This document shows, piece after piece, positions 1 to 13,603 of a stretch of 64,000 nt of DNA. A program made the position numbers and the translations under genes. Position 1 is the stretch's first letter. Every line of letters starts with the position of its first letter. The notes under the pieces are model-generated. The model was given only the letters and a program-made list of their open reading frames with translations, did no database searches and was not told the origin of the DNA. This stretch comes from Eledone cirrhosa (taxonomy: Eukaryota). Location of the stretch: contig CAXHJY010000112.1 of NCBI GenBank assembly GCA_964016885.1, forward strand, positions 42,420 through 106,419, in the 5' to 3' direction.

Positions 1-279
1 AATTAATTAATTGACAAACCAATTAATCAAATCACTAATTAAATGATTAATTCCTTTAGTAGTTAACTAATTATCTCATTCATAATAAAACCAAAGTGAA
101 ATATAATTAGCGCATGTTTTTATTAAAAAAACAGCTCTCTTAAAGTACAGCTATATCATTTCAGCACATGATTTCACACCAACAAGTTTGCAAAACAAAT
201 ACAAAAACAAAACCATGAACATTCTCTTCCTCCCCAGAAGACTATTTATGAAAAAAAAAAAAAAAAAAGACAACTTTAT

Positions 280-480
280 TTAACCCTTTAGCATTTACTT
301 TACTCTATATAAACTATTGTATTTTTGTGGTAAAAGCTTTATCTCACATAATATCGAATCTATGAGATTTTGATGTTATTTATTTTGAAAATAATACCTT
401 AAAGTCAGTATTAATGGCCAGTTACTGCCAGTTTGAAAAGAAAGAGGTGAGAGAATTCTGGCCTGATATGGCCGGATTAA
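280..480 (+). mobile_element. piggyBac-type MITE (TTAA-CCC terminus), right end missing
   Basis: Starts TTAA-CCCTTTAGCATTTA. The body aligns by eye with the complete copy at 5353-5567, but the right TIR is absent. Confidence 0.7.
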
Positions 481-775
481 GATATGTATGCTAGTCAGAG
501 TAGTGCTCATATCCATTGCAAGCCCTCTTGGACTTGTGAGACTGATGAAGTCACTTTCCAGCCTAATCACATATAGGTTAATGTCTACAGAAAAAAAAAA
601 TAAGACATAGGTAGAGACAGAACTGGAGGGTTTGATTCAAATGTAATACTATGAACTTTGCTAATGCTCCCCAAGGATCATTTGGTTGTGTCAAACCAGT
701 CAACCATGACTGGCTTATTGTTTGAAACTGAATGATCTATACTTAATGACTGTTTAGTGAGTTGGTAAATATATG

Positions 776-1041
776 GTACAGTGTAAAGTGGTCGTGTAGG
801 TGACATGATAAAAAGCACCCAGTCCACACTGTAAAGTGGTCATGTAGGTTACATGACAAAAAGCACCCAGTCCACACAGTAAATGTGGTTGGTGTTAGGA
901 AGGGCATCCAGCCATAGAAAACCTGCCAGAAACAGTTCTGTCCGAGCGAGAAACGGTCTCCTGATCAATCTTATCTCAAGTGGGATAAAACCGTCTAACC
1001 CATGTTAGCATGGAAGGTGGACATTAAACGTTGATGATGAT
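776..1041 (+). mobile_element. Fragment of RTE 3' UTR / RTE-tailed SINE 3' end
   Basis: Repeated cacactgtaaagtggt units, the ggtgttaggaagggcatccag motif and a ggacattaaacg(atg)n tail, all shared with the RTE copy at 49478-49972. Confidence 0.75.
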
Positions 1042-2460
1042 ACAGTGGATGAGCAAATACACACTTTTATTTTATTTTATTTTCAAAAAGTGAATGAGGG
1101 AATATTTGAGTCATTTTTGAGAAGATACAAATGATTGATGGGTTCCTTTGATTGCAAAAATGTATTTTTATCTGGAACTGATTCCATTAAATTTGTTAAA
1201 CTTCCAATCATTTTTTCTTCCAGAACAGATTACTTTTAGTGAGAGAGGAGAAGAAGTGGTCCCAACAATAAATACACATGTACAATATATTGTTGGCAAA
1301 AATGGTTAAAATTTAAAGCAATAGAAATGTAGGCCTTCCTGTCTTCTAAGAGATTTAACTATATGTCCTTAATGCTTGAAAGTCTAGAGAAAAGAACTAG
1401 TTATGGGAAGCACTGGGCTTTCGTGAAAGCATTTGTGATTTCTTTTCAACAAGATACTTGGGTAAGTAGTACAATTCAATGGGACAATGTTTCATGGGGA
1501 TAAAAAATGGAGAGAGAGAGAGAGAGGGAGAGATATAGATAGAGAGAGAGAGAGAAAGAGAGAGAGAGCGAGAGCAAGAGAGAGATGTTTAATATTCAAC
1601 AACATGAGTTATTTTCGAATCATATCAAATACCAAAAAATATTTTTTAAATGTTCATCCATTCTAGAAAATCATTGCATAAAACATATTAGAAAACTGCC
1701 CGAAGAGAAAGAGCTGCTTTTCATAGCATTGACAGCATATTCCTTTTTGTTGTTATTATTATTAAAGTTTTTCTTTTACAATGAAAAGATTATGTGAGCA
1801 ACATCTATTAACATAAACTAGTGAAAATAACATGGAATCAAAGAATTGCATCATGGAAAAAGAAATGAGTAATACTGTTGGTGGTAATGGTGGTGGTAGA
1901 GAGGATGCTGCTGTTGAGAATGATGGTGACAGCAAGGATGGAGAGGATAATATTGATTTTAATAGTTCTGCAGATAATGATAATATTAGTGATTGTGACA
2001 ATGAAAATAATGGTGATGACAATGACATTTAATAAATAAATGTGTATCCTTCCCTTTTTAAGATAACAAGGAGTAATTTGAGGAAGATTTGGATGGTAAT
2101 TTTAACAGGCTGAGTGACCCCATAAAGGCGCCTTAGTTGGCTTGCATTATCATCATGCATTTGACTAGGTCCAGGCGAAAGGCAAATAAAATATTGGGAT
2201 AGTTATTCCTTTTTTCAAAAACTATTGTGTAAAGGGTGATAGTTTCATGAAGTATCAAAATTGTATTGCAAGTTTATTTTGATAATGATAGTGATTTCTT
2301 TTGATAACACTCAAGTATATAGTTACTGGCCTCAATGCATTACTGCTATTGGTGGAATGGAACAAATGAGACAATGTGATTAAAGTTAAAAAATATTCAA
2401 TTTATTTGTCTTAGTATATCTTTTGTTTTCTACCAATTTAAATCCATTTCCTCTCAGCTT

Positions 2461-3095
2461 GTATGTGTGGGAATGTGTTTGTATGTGTGGGAATGTGTTT
2501 GTATGTGTGGGAATGTGTTTGTATGGCTGGGAATGTGTTTGTATGGCTGGGAATGTGTTTGTATGTGTGGGGATGTGTTTGTATGTGTGGGGATGTGTTT
2601 GTATGTGTGGGGATGTGTTTGTATGTGTGGAAATGTGTTTGTATGTGTGGAAATGTGTTTGTATGTGTGGGAATGTGTTTGTATGTGTGGGAATGTGTTT
2701 GTATGTGTAGGAATGTGTTTGTATGTGTAGGAATGTGTTTGTATGTGTAGGAATGTGTTAGTATGTGTGGGAATGTGTTTGTATGTGTGGGAATGTGTTT
2801 GTATGTGTGGGAATGTGTTTGTATGTGTGGGAATGTGTTTGTATGTGTGGGAATGTGTTAGTATGTGTGGGAATGTGTTAGTATGTGTGGGAATGTGTTA
2901 GTATGTGTGGGAATGTGTTTGTATGTGTGGGAATGTTTGTATGTGTGGGAATGTGTTTGTATGTGTGGGAATGTGTTAGTATGTGTGGGAATGTGTTAGT
3001 ATGTGTGGGAATGTGTTAGTATGTGTGGGAATGTGTTAGTATGTGTGGGAATGTGTTAATATGTGTGGGAATGTTTGTATGTGTGGGAATGTGTT
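2461..3095. repeat. 20-bp minisatellite (GTATGTGTGGGAATGTGTTT)n, ~32 units
   Basis: Directly visible tandem array with runs of variant units (GGCTGG, GGGAT, GAAAT, GTAG, TTAG) and two 2-bp deletions. Confidence 0.97.
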
Positions 3096-3749
3096 TTTGA
3101 GTCACTTTTTTTTTCACAACTGTGTGCTGATGACAGAATAAATGGAGTTTGTCTTTAGTCACTTCAGCAATTAAGAGCTAAGATATGTAAGCAGTCAGTT
3201 GTCCATCACTTTAACCATCTCTTCATCCATTCATTGTGTCTCATTAAATTTATTTGTTGAGTATAGAAAACTATAATATTGGGATAAAATATAAAATAAG
3301 CATGAGTTGCCAGTTACAAAAGTTGAATTCAAAGGAAAGACTTATGAATTTTCCTTAGAATAGAAAACATAATTTGAAGTATGTGTGAGAAAAGAGTAAA
3401 GAAGTTATCATGAGAATATATAAAAAGAATTCAATAAGCAAATGTTATAGATTATTGGTAATCCAAATCAGAAGTAGATGGCTATACAAGATTGGTCTAA
3501 GTCGAGGAGCATAAGAGAATATATCTAGACAATACATGCTAAATGTTATCAACCAATTTCATTGAATCTAAAGTTTGGTGTGGGATATAAAAATAATTTT
3601 AAAAATGATAATAAACCAATAATTCTAGTCCTAATGAATAGAAAATAATGATATATGTTTGTTGATAAAGATATCAATATTCATAAAAAGATGATCAAGT
3701 GGTTCAAGCATGACTGTATGGTTAAGGGGTTTGCTATTTGCATGGTGTC

Positions 3750-4470
3750 CCTAATGTAAACTATGGGTGCACAAGAACTGAAGAGGGATCACAAGCAGGC
3801 TGGTAGAGAAGGAACATTTTGTAGCAAATATACAGGAGTAATTAGCAGTAAGAGTACTCTTCAAATGAATTATTTCGAATGCCTGATAGGTTCTCTGGAA
3901 GTAGCTGATAGCTACTATTACCTAATGACCTAACAGTAGAAGTAGATGTTCTGAAAACATAGTAACCAGCGTATGAATGGGATGGAAAAAGTTCAAAGAG
4001 TATTACTTTTTCTGGCAACAAAGGGACTCTGTTTTGGTGTGAAGGAAATATATGATGTTTGTATATGAAGTGTGAAGTTGTATGATAGCAAAACATGGGA
4101 ATTGAATGCAGAAGATGAGCAAAGGTTGGAATGAAATGAGGTGAACTTGCTCTGCTGAAGCACAAATGAGTTGAGGGAAAAACTAGGTGTTAAAGGAATC
4201 AGAATTGGTGTGCAACAATGGTGATGTGATGCATGTGAAGGATGACAGTTGAGTTCACAATGCCAGGTGATCTAAGTGGAAGGAATCTTCAGAAGAGGAA
4301 GACATGTGAAGATGTGACAAAGAGTGATCTTAGAATACTGAAATCCATAAAGAAGATAACAAAGGACAGCAACAAAAGCCAAACACTGTACTAGAAAAGA
4401 CCTGTTCCAACAATGCAAATATAGAAAATGCAAATATAATAATGATGACTATGAGGACAATGATAATGAT
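3750..4470 (+). pseudogene. Ancient, heavily decayed RTE LINE 3' part
   Basis: Remnants such as ggatggaaaaagttcaaagag (GWKKF.E), aaactaggtgttaaaggaatcaga, agaggaagac and a (gat/gac) tail are collinear with the RTE ORF2 C-terminus at 48850-49479. Many stops and frameshifts. Confidence 0.65.
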
Positions 4471-5352
4471 TGTTGACTCAATTACTATAATTTTTCTTTA
4501 CATAAAACAATAAAACAAAATACACTGGCATTGGCCTAGGTTAAAAAAACGTTACTATTTATATAAAATGAGAAACATTATAGTTGCAATTTGCTTGTTC
4601 TTTCATTGTAAATTTGATAATTAGTTTTAGATAATCGATAGCTTTTAGTGTCATATGAAATATAATTTTTAAAAAAATGTTTATTTTAAGGATCAATAAT
4701 TGAAGACAAATAATAAGAAAACAATGTGAAAGAAAATATTCCAAGAATAACTTTGAAAATGAATAAAAGATAAAAAGAGAAATCCTATTTTTTCTCTTCT
4801 GAGAAAAGGAAACAAACAAACAAAAAACAAGTCAAAAACTAACAAATACAAAACAAAATCATTTGACATTGATTTTGTGTAATATTCTTTATGTAAATAT
4901 AAAACTTAATAACAATCAAGATAGATGTATTTCTCAAAATAAAATTTCTATAATGCGTTTACAAAAATAAATAAATAAATTATAATCACTCATTTGTTTG
5001 CATAGAAAATATATAGGAAGGAGAAAAAATTGCACACTGAGCATGTATGAAAATGTATTTAAAAAAACAAAATAAAATTATATATAAAATCCAAAAATAT
5101 TTTTATCAGTTAAGGCAGTGTTTTCCAAACAATGTGTTCATGAAATATTGAAACATTAAAGAAAGCAAGATTAATTTCAAAACATACTTGTTTGACCTGC
5201 ACTCACTCACACTCACTATAATTTTTTATAATTAATAAACAAGAAGAAATGTATTTAAGTTGTTTATAAAATCACAATAAAGTGTGCTTAATGGCATCTT
5301 CATCGTTATTGTCATCACTCTTGTGATTGTGATTGACATAATCATCATTGTT

Positions 5353-5567
5353 TTAACCTTTAGCATTTACATTACTCTATATTTACTATTATATTTTCAC
5401 AGTAAACACTTTATCTCACATAATATCGAACCTATGGGATTTTGATATTATTTATTTTGAGAACAATACCTTAACATCAGTATGAGCAGCCAGTTACAGC
5501 CAGTTTGAACAGAAAGAGGTGAGAGAACTCTGGCCAGATATGGCTGGTTTAAATGCTAAAGGGTTAA
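5353..5567 (+). mobile_element. piggyBac-type MITE, complete (~210 bp)
   Basis: TTAA-CC(C)TTTAGCATTTA ... TAAATGCTAAAGGG-TTAA. Terminal inverted repeats with TTAA at both ends. Confidence 0.85.
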
Positions 5568-5922
5568 TCTCTGGTAATGATTGTTTAGTCCTAGGTCAAC
5601 CACTATTTTTGTTTATATAAATTAAGAACATAGGCAGTAATTTCAGTGAAACATAATTTCTATTCCTCTCTTAATGCAATGTCAATTGGTGGTACTAATC
5701 ATGTAATATCAAACACATGGTATTGTTGAATGGAATAAAAAAGTATATGATAATCTTTTTCCCATGAAGTATCATCATCATGATCTACAACTGTCAACTT
5801 TCAGAGTATGGCTAGCTAGGGTCCACTATCCTTTCTGACATCACAGATACTGTGAGTAGTCTCTCACAATGAGTCTTTCACAGTGTAATGTAACTATTTC
5901 TAATAAATATATATATATATAT

Positions 5923-6863
5923 AAGGCAGGTTATACGATGCCTGCATACGAACAGCAATGCTGCATGGCAGTGAGACCTGGGCATTGTGTGCAGAGGATA
6001 TACGCAGACTAGAGAGGAACGAAGCTTGCATGCTCCGCTGGATGTACAATAGTAATATACGTGAACGGCAAAGCATAAACGAACTAAGGAAAAAATTAGA
6101 AATAAGCGGGATCAGATGTTGTTTACTCGAGAGAAGGCTACGTTGGTATGGTCACGTGATGCGCATGAAAGACGACAGCTGTATAACAAAGTGCAGGGCA
6201 ATAAAGATAGACGGTAGCCACGGAGTAGGCAGACCCAGAAAAACCTGGGACGACATGATAAATTCCGACCTCAGACGCTTACACCTCTCCAAGACAATGT
6301 CACTGGACCGAGACCTTTGGCGGTACTCAGTAATAGAGAAGACCCGCCTTACCTAAATACAAAGTAAAACCTACTACAGTCAGTAGGCATCTCTATCAAA
6401 ACACCCCCCCGTCCCACCACCACCACCCCATCCACACCGCCCCTTTCAATGTAAAGTTATGTTGGTGCCACAACATCCAGGCCGAAACAAATGAGATCGT
6501 GTAGGTGTCACGACAAAAAAAAACACACAGTCCACGCTGTGAATGTGGCCGTGTAGACAACACGGTAAAAACCTCCCAGCCCCACACTGTAAATGTGGTT
6601 GGTGTTAGGAAGGGCATCCAGCTGTAGAAAACCCGCCAGACAGTCCACGCTGTAATGTGGCCGTGTAGGCAACACGGTAAAAACCTCCCAGCCCCACACT
6701 GTAAATGTGGTTGGTGTTAGGAAGGGCATCCAGCTGTAGAAAACCCGCCAGACAGTCCTATGCGAGCAAGACAACCACTCTTGCCTCAAGTGGGAAAACC
6801 CCCGTCCAAACCCATGCAAGCATGGAACACGGACGCTAAACCTTGATGATGATGATGATGATG

Positions 6864-6865
<2 letters not shown>
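5923..6865 (+). mobile_element. 5'-truncated RTE LINE (family A), young copy
   Basis: ORF (LHGSETW...RRLRWYGHVMR...GRPRKTW...IEKTRLT*, stop 6356) is nearly identical to 49046-49479. 3' UTR has a ~113-bp duplication and a (GAT)n tail, with (TA)n on both sides. Confidence 0.95.
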
Positions 6866-6897
<32 letters not shown>

Positions 6898-7825
6898 GAG
6901 AGAGAGAAAGAGAGGGGAAGAGAAAGAGAGGGTGGAGAAGAAGAAACTCCAGTACTTGACTAGCACTTAATTAACCTCAAGAGTTTGAAAGGTAAGCTTT
7001 AAAAACTATTAATTCACTGTCATCCCATGAATTCTCAAATAAAATAAAATAAATTGTCATAACTCACTGGATTATGACATCATTAAAATATTCTCATAAT
7101 TCAAGAAAATATTTGCTGGAATGGTTACGTGATGATGATGACAATGGATGTTATAAACTCTTAGGTTTTAGAAACACTACTAAAAATTTAGCCTGGCATA
7201 ACCTATCATTCTCCAAACTAAGAGTTGAATGTTTTATTAGTTTGTAAGTCCCAATTTCATCATATTCATAGTGTTGCTACTGCTTATTATTATGAAAGTA
7301 AATTATTCTGACCCTGCCATACCTATTACCATTCAAGTGAATTGGAAGTTTTTGTGTTGTGTTTCATGGTGATGGACACAGTGCAATCTTAGTGATATGA
7401 TATGAATTTCTGATTGATCTCTTGACTGACAGTCTATTTTGTTAGATTTCAGTCATTTGTGGTTTCTTTTTTGCTTATGGTAGTCAGCAGTAACTATCTG
7501 GACTGGGATATTGAGTGTTATGAGTCTTCACCAGAGAGACTGTGAAATGCAAATGATGTAATATAAATGTTTGGCCTTTTGCTTAGATAAGCTTATATGC
7601 AACTAATGAAGCTAATTATAAACCCCAGATGAAAATAAATAAGCCTTTAAATAGTGCAGCAAAATTGACAGTCTTTAGAACATTGGATAGAATGCCTTAT
7701 GACATTTGTTTCAGCTTTCTGTGCCCCGAGTTCAACTTACCACTGAAGTCAACTTTACTTGATAATTAATGTATTAAGGGTTAATCCTTCTTTCTTTTTC
7801 TTAGTCTTTCTCTCAGAATCAGCTA

Positions 7826-9165
7826 CATGGGGCAGAAAACAACCAAGCAGAAGAAAGAAGAAGAAAATAAAGTAAAAAAAGGAATAGAAGATGAAAAAAA
7901 TAAAAAAGAAGATAGAAAAAAGAAGGAAAAGAAGAAGGAAAAGAAGAAAAAACGGAAGAAAAAAAAGAAAAAGAAGGTAAAGAAGAAAGTAAAGAAGAAG
8001 GTAAAGAAGAAGGTAAAGAAGAAGGTAAAGGAAGAGGAGAAGACGGAGAAGAAGGAGAAGGAGGAGAAGGAGAAGAAGAAGGAGAAGAAAACAACCGAGC
8101 AGAAGAAAGAAAAAGACAAAGTAAAAAAAGGAAAAGATGAAAAAAATAAAAAAGGAAAAGAAAAAAAAACGGAAGAAAAAAAGAAAAAGGTAAAGAAGAA
8201 GGTAAAGAAGAATGTAAAGAAGAAGGTAAAGAAGAATGTAAAGAAGAAGGTAAAGGAAGAGGAGAAGGCGAAGAAGAAGGAGCAGAAGATGGAGAAGGAG
8301 AAGAAGGAGAAGAAGGAGAAGAAGAAGGAGAAGAAGGAGGAGAAGAAGGAGAAGAAGAAGAAGGAGGAGGAGAAGAAGAAGGAGGAGAAGAAGAAGAAGA
8401 AGGAGAAGAAGAAGGAGGAGAAGAAGAAGGAGGAGAAGAAGAAGAAGGAGAAGAAGAAGGAGGAGGAGAAGAAGAAGGAGGAGAAGAAGAAGGAGGAGAA
8501 GAAGAAGGAGGAGAAGAAGAAGGAGGAGAAGGAGGAAAAGAAGAAGGAGAAGAAGAAGGAGAAGGAGGAGGAGGAGAAGAAGAAGGAGAAGGAGGAGGAG
8601 AAGAAGAAGGAGAAGGAGGAGGAGAAGGAGGAGAAGGAGGAGAAGGAGGAGGAGAAGGAGGAGAAGAAGGAGGAGAAGAAGAAGAAAAAGAAGAAGAAAA
8701 AGAAGAAGAAAAAGAAGAAGAAAAAGAAGAAGAAAAAGAAGAAGAAAAAGAAGAAGAAGAAGAAGAAGAATAAGAAGAAGAAGGGAGGAGAAGAAGAAGG
8801 AGAAGAAGGAGAAGAAGAAGGAGAAGGAGGAGGAGAAGAAGGAGGAGAAGAAGGAAGAGAAGAAGAAGGAGAAGAAGAAGAAGGAGAAGAAGGTGGAGGA
8901 GAAGAAGAAGAAGAAGAAGAAGGAGAAGAAGAAGGAGGAGGAGAAGAAGAAGAAAGAGAAGAAGAAGAAAGAGAAGAAGAAGAAAGAGAAGAAGAAGAAA
9001 GAGAAGAAGGAGAAGAAGAAGAAGGAGAAGAAGGAGAAGAAGAAGAAGGAGAAGAAGGAGAAGAAGAAGAAGGAGAAGAAGGAGGAGAAGAAGAAGGAGA
9101 AGAAGAAGGAGAAGAAGAAGGAGAAGAAGAAGGAAAGGAGAAGAAGAAGGAAAGGAGAAGAATTG
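7826..9165. repeat. Polypurine (AAG/GAG/GAA/GGA) compound microsatellite with a ~250-bp internal duplication
   Basis: Near-pure purine strand. agaaaacaacc(a/g)agcagaagaaaga occurs at ~7834 and ~8086. Confidence 0.92.
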
Positions 9166-10066
9166 AACTAATATGCTGCAAGCTAAACTAATTCTTCTTT
9201 TATGTTCTGCAAGTTAACAGCTCATCGTCGAAGTAGATGAGGTCAAATATGAAATTGTAAGGTTTAAAGGTTGTATCGATAAAATGATTATCTCAAATAA
9301 ACTGAATATTTGAAAAACAAAAAAAAAATATAAAAATAAGAGAGGAGAGATTATGTAGAAATAAAACGATTAATGAAAATGACATTCAAACATGAGAAAA
9401 AATTTAAAATAAGATTTCAAATATAGCTAAATTGTTTTGTTTTAATGAATATATTTTGATTTTTTTAAATTTGTTCAATTGGCCAGTCAATGTTTCTCTT
9501 AACCTAATTCAAAAAAGAAATTAAGGAAAATTCAAGAAACCATTGTTTTCCAGTCAAACTAATTTCCAATAGAAAGTTGAATTTTAGTAAAGTAAAAGGA
9601 ATTATCAACATTTCCTCTGTTTAATACAGAAGGAAATATCATTTCATTATTGATTTGTAAAAAAGCAGACAATGCAATATTGTCAATGTGAAAACACTTT
9701 GATAATCAAGAAATCAATTGCAATAATTCAATAGGAAAATTATATTGTGGTAATATGCAAATTAACCTATTCAACATATGATCATATTTTTTTTAATGTG
9801 TTTTTTAGTTTAATTTTGATTTTTTTTTTAGGGAGAGGAGGGGTGTATTTTTTAAATTATTGATTAGATATAGACACAATTGACCAACTCACTAGCATTC
9901 CACTGTGTATCCATAGCTAATACAGTCAAGACACTTAATCCCCGCACTGTCTCTCAATGTGACACAACCCATCTAGTGTAAATAGCTTGTTATTGAGGAT
10001 GTTGTTGATCAGCCACAGGGTAATCATGAAAGCTGTCCCAGCAGTGATCATCCTGCATTTTATTTT

Positions 10067-10433
10067 TTAACCCTTTAGCATTTAAACCGGCTGCATTTGG
10101 CCAGAATTCTCTCACCCCTTTCTGTTCAAATCAGCTGTAACCGGCTCATACTGATGTTAACGTATTGTTCTCAAAATAAATATAATCAAAATTTCATAGA
10201 TTTGATATAATTGTTTCTACTTTTGGCACAAGGCCAGCAATTACCCAGTACATTACTGGTACTTTATTTTATCGACCCCATAAGGATGAAGGGCCGTAAA
10301 TCTATGCGTCAAAGCATGGCGTCCGACCCACTACCGATACTGCCAATCCAAATGTAACATAATTATGCGAGTAAAGCCTTTACCATGAAAATATAATAGT
10401 AAATATAGAGTAATATAAATGCTAAAGGGTCAA
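10067..10433 (-). mobile_element. piggyBac-type MITE (reverse) interrupted by a SINE
   Basis: TTAA-CCCTTTAGCATTTA ... TAAATGCTAAAGGG-TCAA. The body is the reverse complement of 5353-5567 with an insert at ~10207-10350. Confidence 0.85.
10207..10350 (-). mobile_element. tRNA-derived SINE (family S1), internally deleted, nested in MITE
   Basis: Reverse complement matches 31037-31219 (tggattggcagtatcggtag ... ttcatccttatggggtcgataaaataaagtaccag ... ggccttgtgcc). Confidence 0.85.
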
Positions 10434-10734
10434 AGATGCTATGGTGTGATTTAAAGGAAATGTAGCTGCCATTTCTAATAGGTCAAGAAACTATGTAAAG
10501 ACTCTCATATGTCCAAGTGTAAATAGATATGATAAGTGTGGTGTACTTTACTAAACACTTTTGTGACTATATTTCTAATGAGTAGGAAGCTTAAGTGTTT
10601 TAATTAATTTTTAATATAGTCTGGAAGCAATAAGAAAATGTATATCAGATAATCTTGGAAGATCACTTGAACATAGAAGTCACATCATCTGGCAATATTA
10701 TTTGGTGTCTTATACAGTGTAGTCTAATTTAGGC

Positions 10735-10917
10735 AGAAAGTGAACAATTTGTAGGAAAGAGAAAGTCAATTACATTGATTCCGGTGTGTGACTGGTACTT
10801 TATTTTATCAACCTTGGAAGAATGAAAGGCAAAGTTTACCATAGCAGGATTTGAACTCACAACATAAACTATATGCCACAAAACATTTTGTCTGTCTCTA
10901 CCAATACTGCCAATCCA
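10735..10917 (-). mobile_element. SINE family S1, diverged
   Basis: Reverse-strand tggattggcagtattggtag head, gagttcaaatcc B box and gcctttcat core. Confidence 0.75.
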
Positions 10918-12313
10918 CACTCTTAATGTACAATCTTATCTACTTATTTATTTACTTTCGTTATTTTATCTCACAATAGTGTCACTGCTTATAGGTTTAC
11001 CAAGGTCCAATCACTGTTTTACTATAAATCTGATCACAAGGGTGACAAAAGGGTGTCAAAACCAGCAGAAAAAAAGAGTACTTTATTGAAAGTCCCAAAA
11101 TGTTCAGTTTCCATATGGATGTTTACATGTCTATCTAATATATTAGCAATATACACACACACATATATCATAAGTTTTCACACAGCTTGTTTACCATACT
11201 CCATTTACAAAGCATTGATCAACACATTTCTATGATAGGAGTTACAGTTCCTTGAAGTTTCACACACTGCAATTGAAACCAGAACCTTAATGTTGAAAAA
11301 AGAACTTAACACACCTATACTTTCTCCCATAAAATCTGTATTTCAGCACTAATTATCAATATTCAAAAGATTTCAACAAACTCCTTTACTATCATTTTTG
11401 GCTATCTTCTATGCTTTGTTATAATGCAGACTGAAAAATAGAAATGATTGATCATTTATAAACCAACAGTGGAGCACAGTATTTTCCTTTATAAAGCAGT
11501 GTGAAGTTTCATCATTTATTCCAAGGCTGTACAACTCAGTGCGAAAATCATTCTCAAGACTGTATCTATAGACTTCAGATGATTAGTAGCCTGTACTAGA
11601 AATGACACAGATATCATAAACCATAATTTCTCAGCTGTCAAAGATATCATAAACTGACAAGTCATACAAAGCTAACTAACAGTTCATCTAAAGGATTAAT
11701 GATTAATAATGCAGAAATTATCTTTGCCTAAGTAGGCATGATATAGGTCAGTAAATGCAGTAGAACTGATTGTTGTTGGTTGTGTTATTGATGATGATTA
11801 TGGTGATGATGATGGTGATATCCTTTGTTATTACTCTTATTTTTAGACTTTTATTCATAACTTTTTTCATGGTATTTTTTTGTAAGAGAAAGAGGATCTC
11901 TGAATATTCAGATGAATATTGTAGATTTTTCAACTCAGAGTGAAGTGTCAACATCAAAGGGGTGGACATCAGTATGTACGGTGTGCATGTGTGAGTGATT
12001 CAGATTAACAGATATAAAAGGATGATGATGATGATGAGGAGGAAGAAAAAGATGATGAGGTAAATAATATATTAAAAATGTTGGATCTAGAAAGAAAGCA
12101 ACAAAGGAACTGAATTATATTGGGCTTCCCCTAATTATAATATGGCCATATTAAGGGGAAATAGTGTTGATTGAAACCATCTCAAAGTCAGTGCATGACT
12201 GATGATTATTTCATCAAACGGAAAGATGAAAAATGAAACCAATTCGGATTGGATTTGAACTTAGGCTAAAAGTAGCAGTATTTAGTTTTCTACACACTTG
12301 TAATGAGTCATCA

Positions 12314-12859
12314 CATCATCATCGTTTGATGTCTATCTTCCACACTAGCAGAATTGTCTCCACACGGGAATTGTCCCACTTGAGGCAAGATTGATCAGGT
12401 GACCATGTCTTGCTCATATAGCACTGTATCTGGCAGGTTTTCTACAGCTGGATGCCCTTCCTAACACCAACCACCTTTACAGTGTGGACTGGGAGCTTTT
12501 TTACTGTGTCTCCAACACAACCACTTTACAGCGTGGACTGGGTGCTTTTTGTCGTGATACCTACATGACCACTTTAGTGAGGACTGGATATTCTGTGGTA
12601 CCAACATAACTTTACAGAGAAAGGGTGGTGTGGGTGGAAGTAGGAGGATGGAGTAAGAGTAGTGGGTTGGAGAGTATATTTGGTTAAGAGGTGCCTACTG
12701 ACTGTAGGTGTAACTTTGTACATAAGGGAAGGTGGGTCATCTGTATTACTGCGTAACGCCAAAGGTCTCACTCCAGTGACATTGTCTTAGAGAGATGAAA
12801 GTGTGCAAGGTCAGATTTTATCATGTTGTCCCAGGTTTTTCTGGGTCTACCTACTCCGT
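12314..12859 (-). mobile_element. RTE family A 3' end, older copy
   Basis: Reverse strand encodes GVGRPRKTWDNMIKSD followed by the family A 3' UTR and (GAT)n tail. The 5' junction abuts (TA)n. Confidence 0.85.
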
Positions 12860-12964
12860 ATATATATATAAATCAGGATGGATTCAGTTTGAAACTGGTT
12901 AGACCATTACTTAACAGAGTACTCAATACTTGGTGTAGTAGAGTGTGGTTATATTATAAAGAGT

Positions 12965-13054
12965 TGACTTTGCCTTTCATCCTTACGGGGTCGATAAAAT
13001 AAAGTACCAGTAATGCACTGGATAATTGCTGGGCTTGTGCCTAAAGTAGAGACA
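12965..13054 (+). mobile_element. 5'-truncated SINE S1 flanked by a 12-bp direct repeat (ATTATAAAGAGT)
   Basis: Core and tail are near-identical to 31124-31219. The direct repeat lies at 12953-12964 and 13055-13066. Confidence 0.8.
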
Positions 13055-13159
13055 ATTATAAAGAGTCAGGAGCCCGATGACTGAGCTCTTGCCGTTTCAA
13101 CAGCCAGCTCCAGTTGAAATGCCAAGAGCCCAGATGTTGGGATCCCAACTCTTTATAAT
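13055..13159. mobile_element. ~105-bp palindromic hairpin MITE
   Basis: ATTATAAAGAGT...ACTCTTTATAAT termini with internal arms gctcttgccgtttcaac / gttgaaatgccaagagc. Confidence 0.7.
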
Positions 13160-13603
13160 ATATATATATATATATATATCATGCATTCCAGCTTATAGAA
13201 TAAGCATACAATATCCCTACATGTTATAAGAGTTGACTAAAACACTACCATAAAACACTATTTCAAAAGGTCTCATTCAATCAATGCCAGCATGAAGAAG
13301 CAGACGCCAAAATGACAATGATAACGATAATGTAGGGTGGGTGACATATTTAATTAGGTTTGATTTTTGATAAATTCTATAATATTGAACTCATTGTCAC
13401 TTATTTAAAAAGAAAAAAAAAAAATCATTAATCAATAAAATAGCTATTAATGATATGTAAAAATTATGTAAAAGGGTTATTGTATCCCTGAAGTGTTGCA
13501 AAACTTGAATGTAATTGACATTGGATATTTTCAGCACAGTATGAGAGGTGTAAAAGAAAAAGAATATCAATTTCTCTCATGCTTACAATATACTTATTTA
13601 TAA

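Noticed and set aside
1832-2032. Acidic 66-aa ORF
   Set aside because: Decayed (GAT/GGT/AAT) trinucleotide repeat with no recognisable domain or splice support.
2461-3095. Regular 20-bp repeats as a CRISPR array or Cys-rich protein
   Set aside because: No spacers, a head-to-tail minisatellite in eukaryotic DNA with no cas genes.
3340-3690. Possible R4-like RLE remnant
   Set aside because: Only faint WD..NKP-like traces, too decayed to support.
7823-9181. 452-aa Ser/Phe-rich minus-strand ORF
   Set aside because: Antisense of the purine microsatellite.
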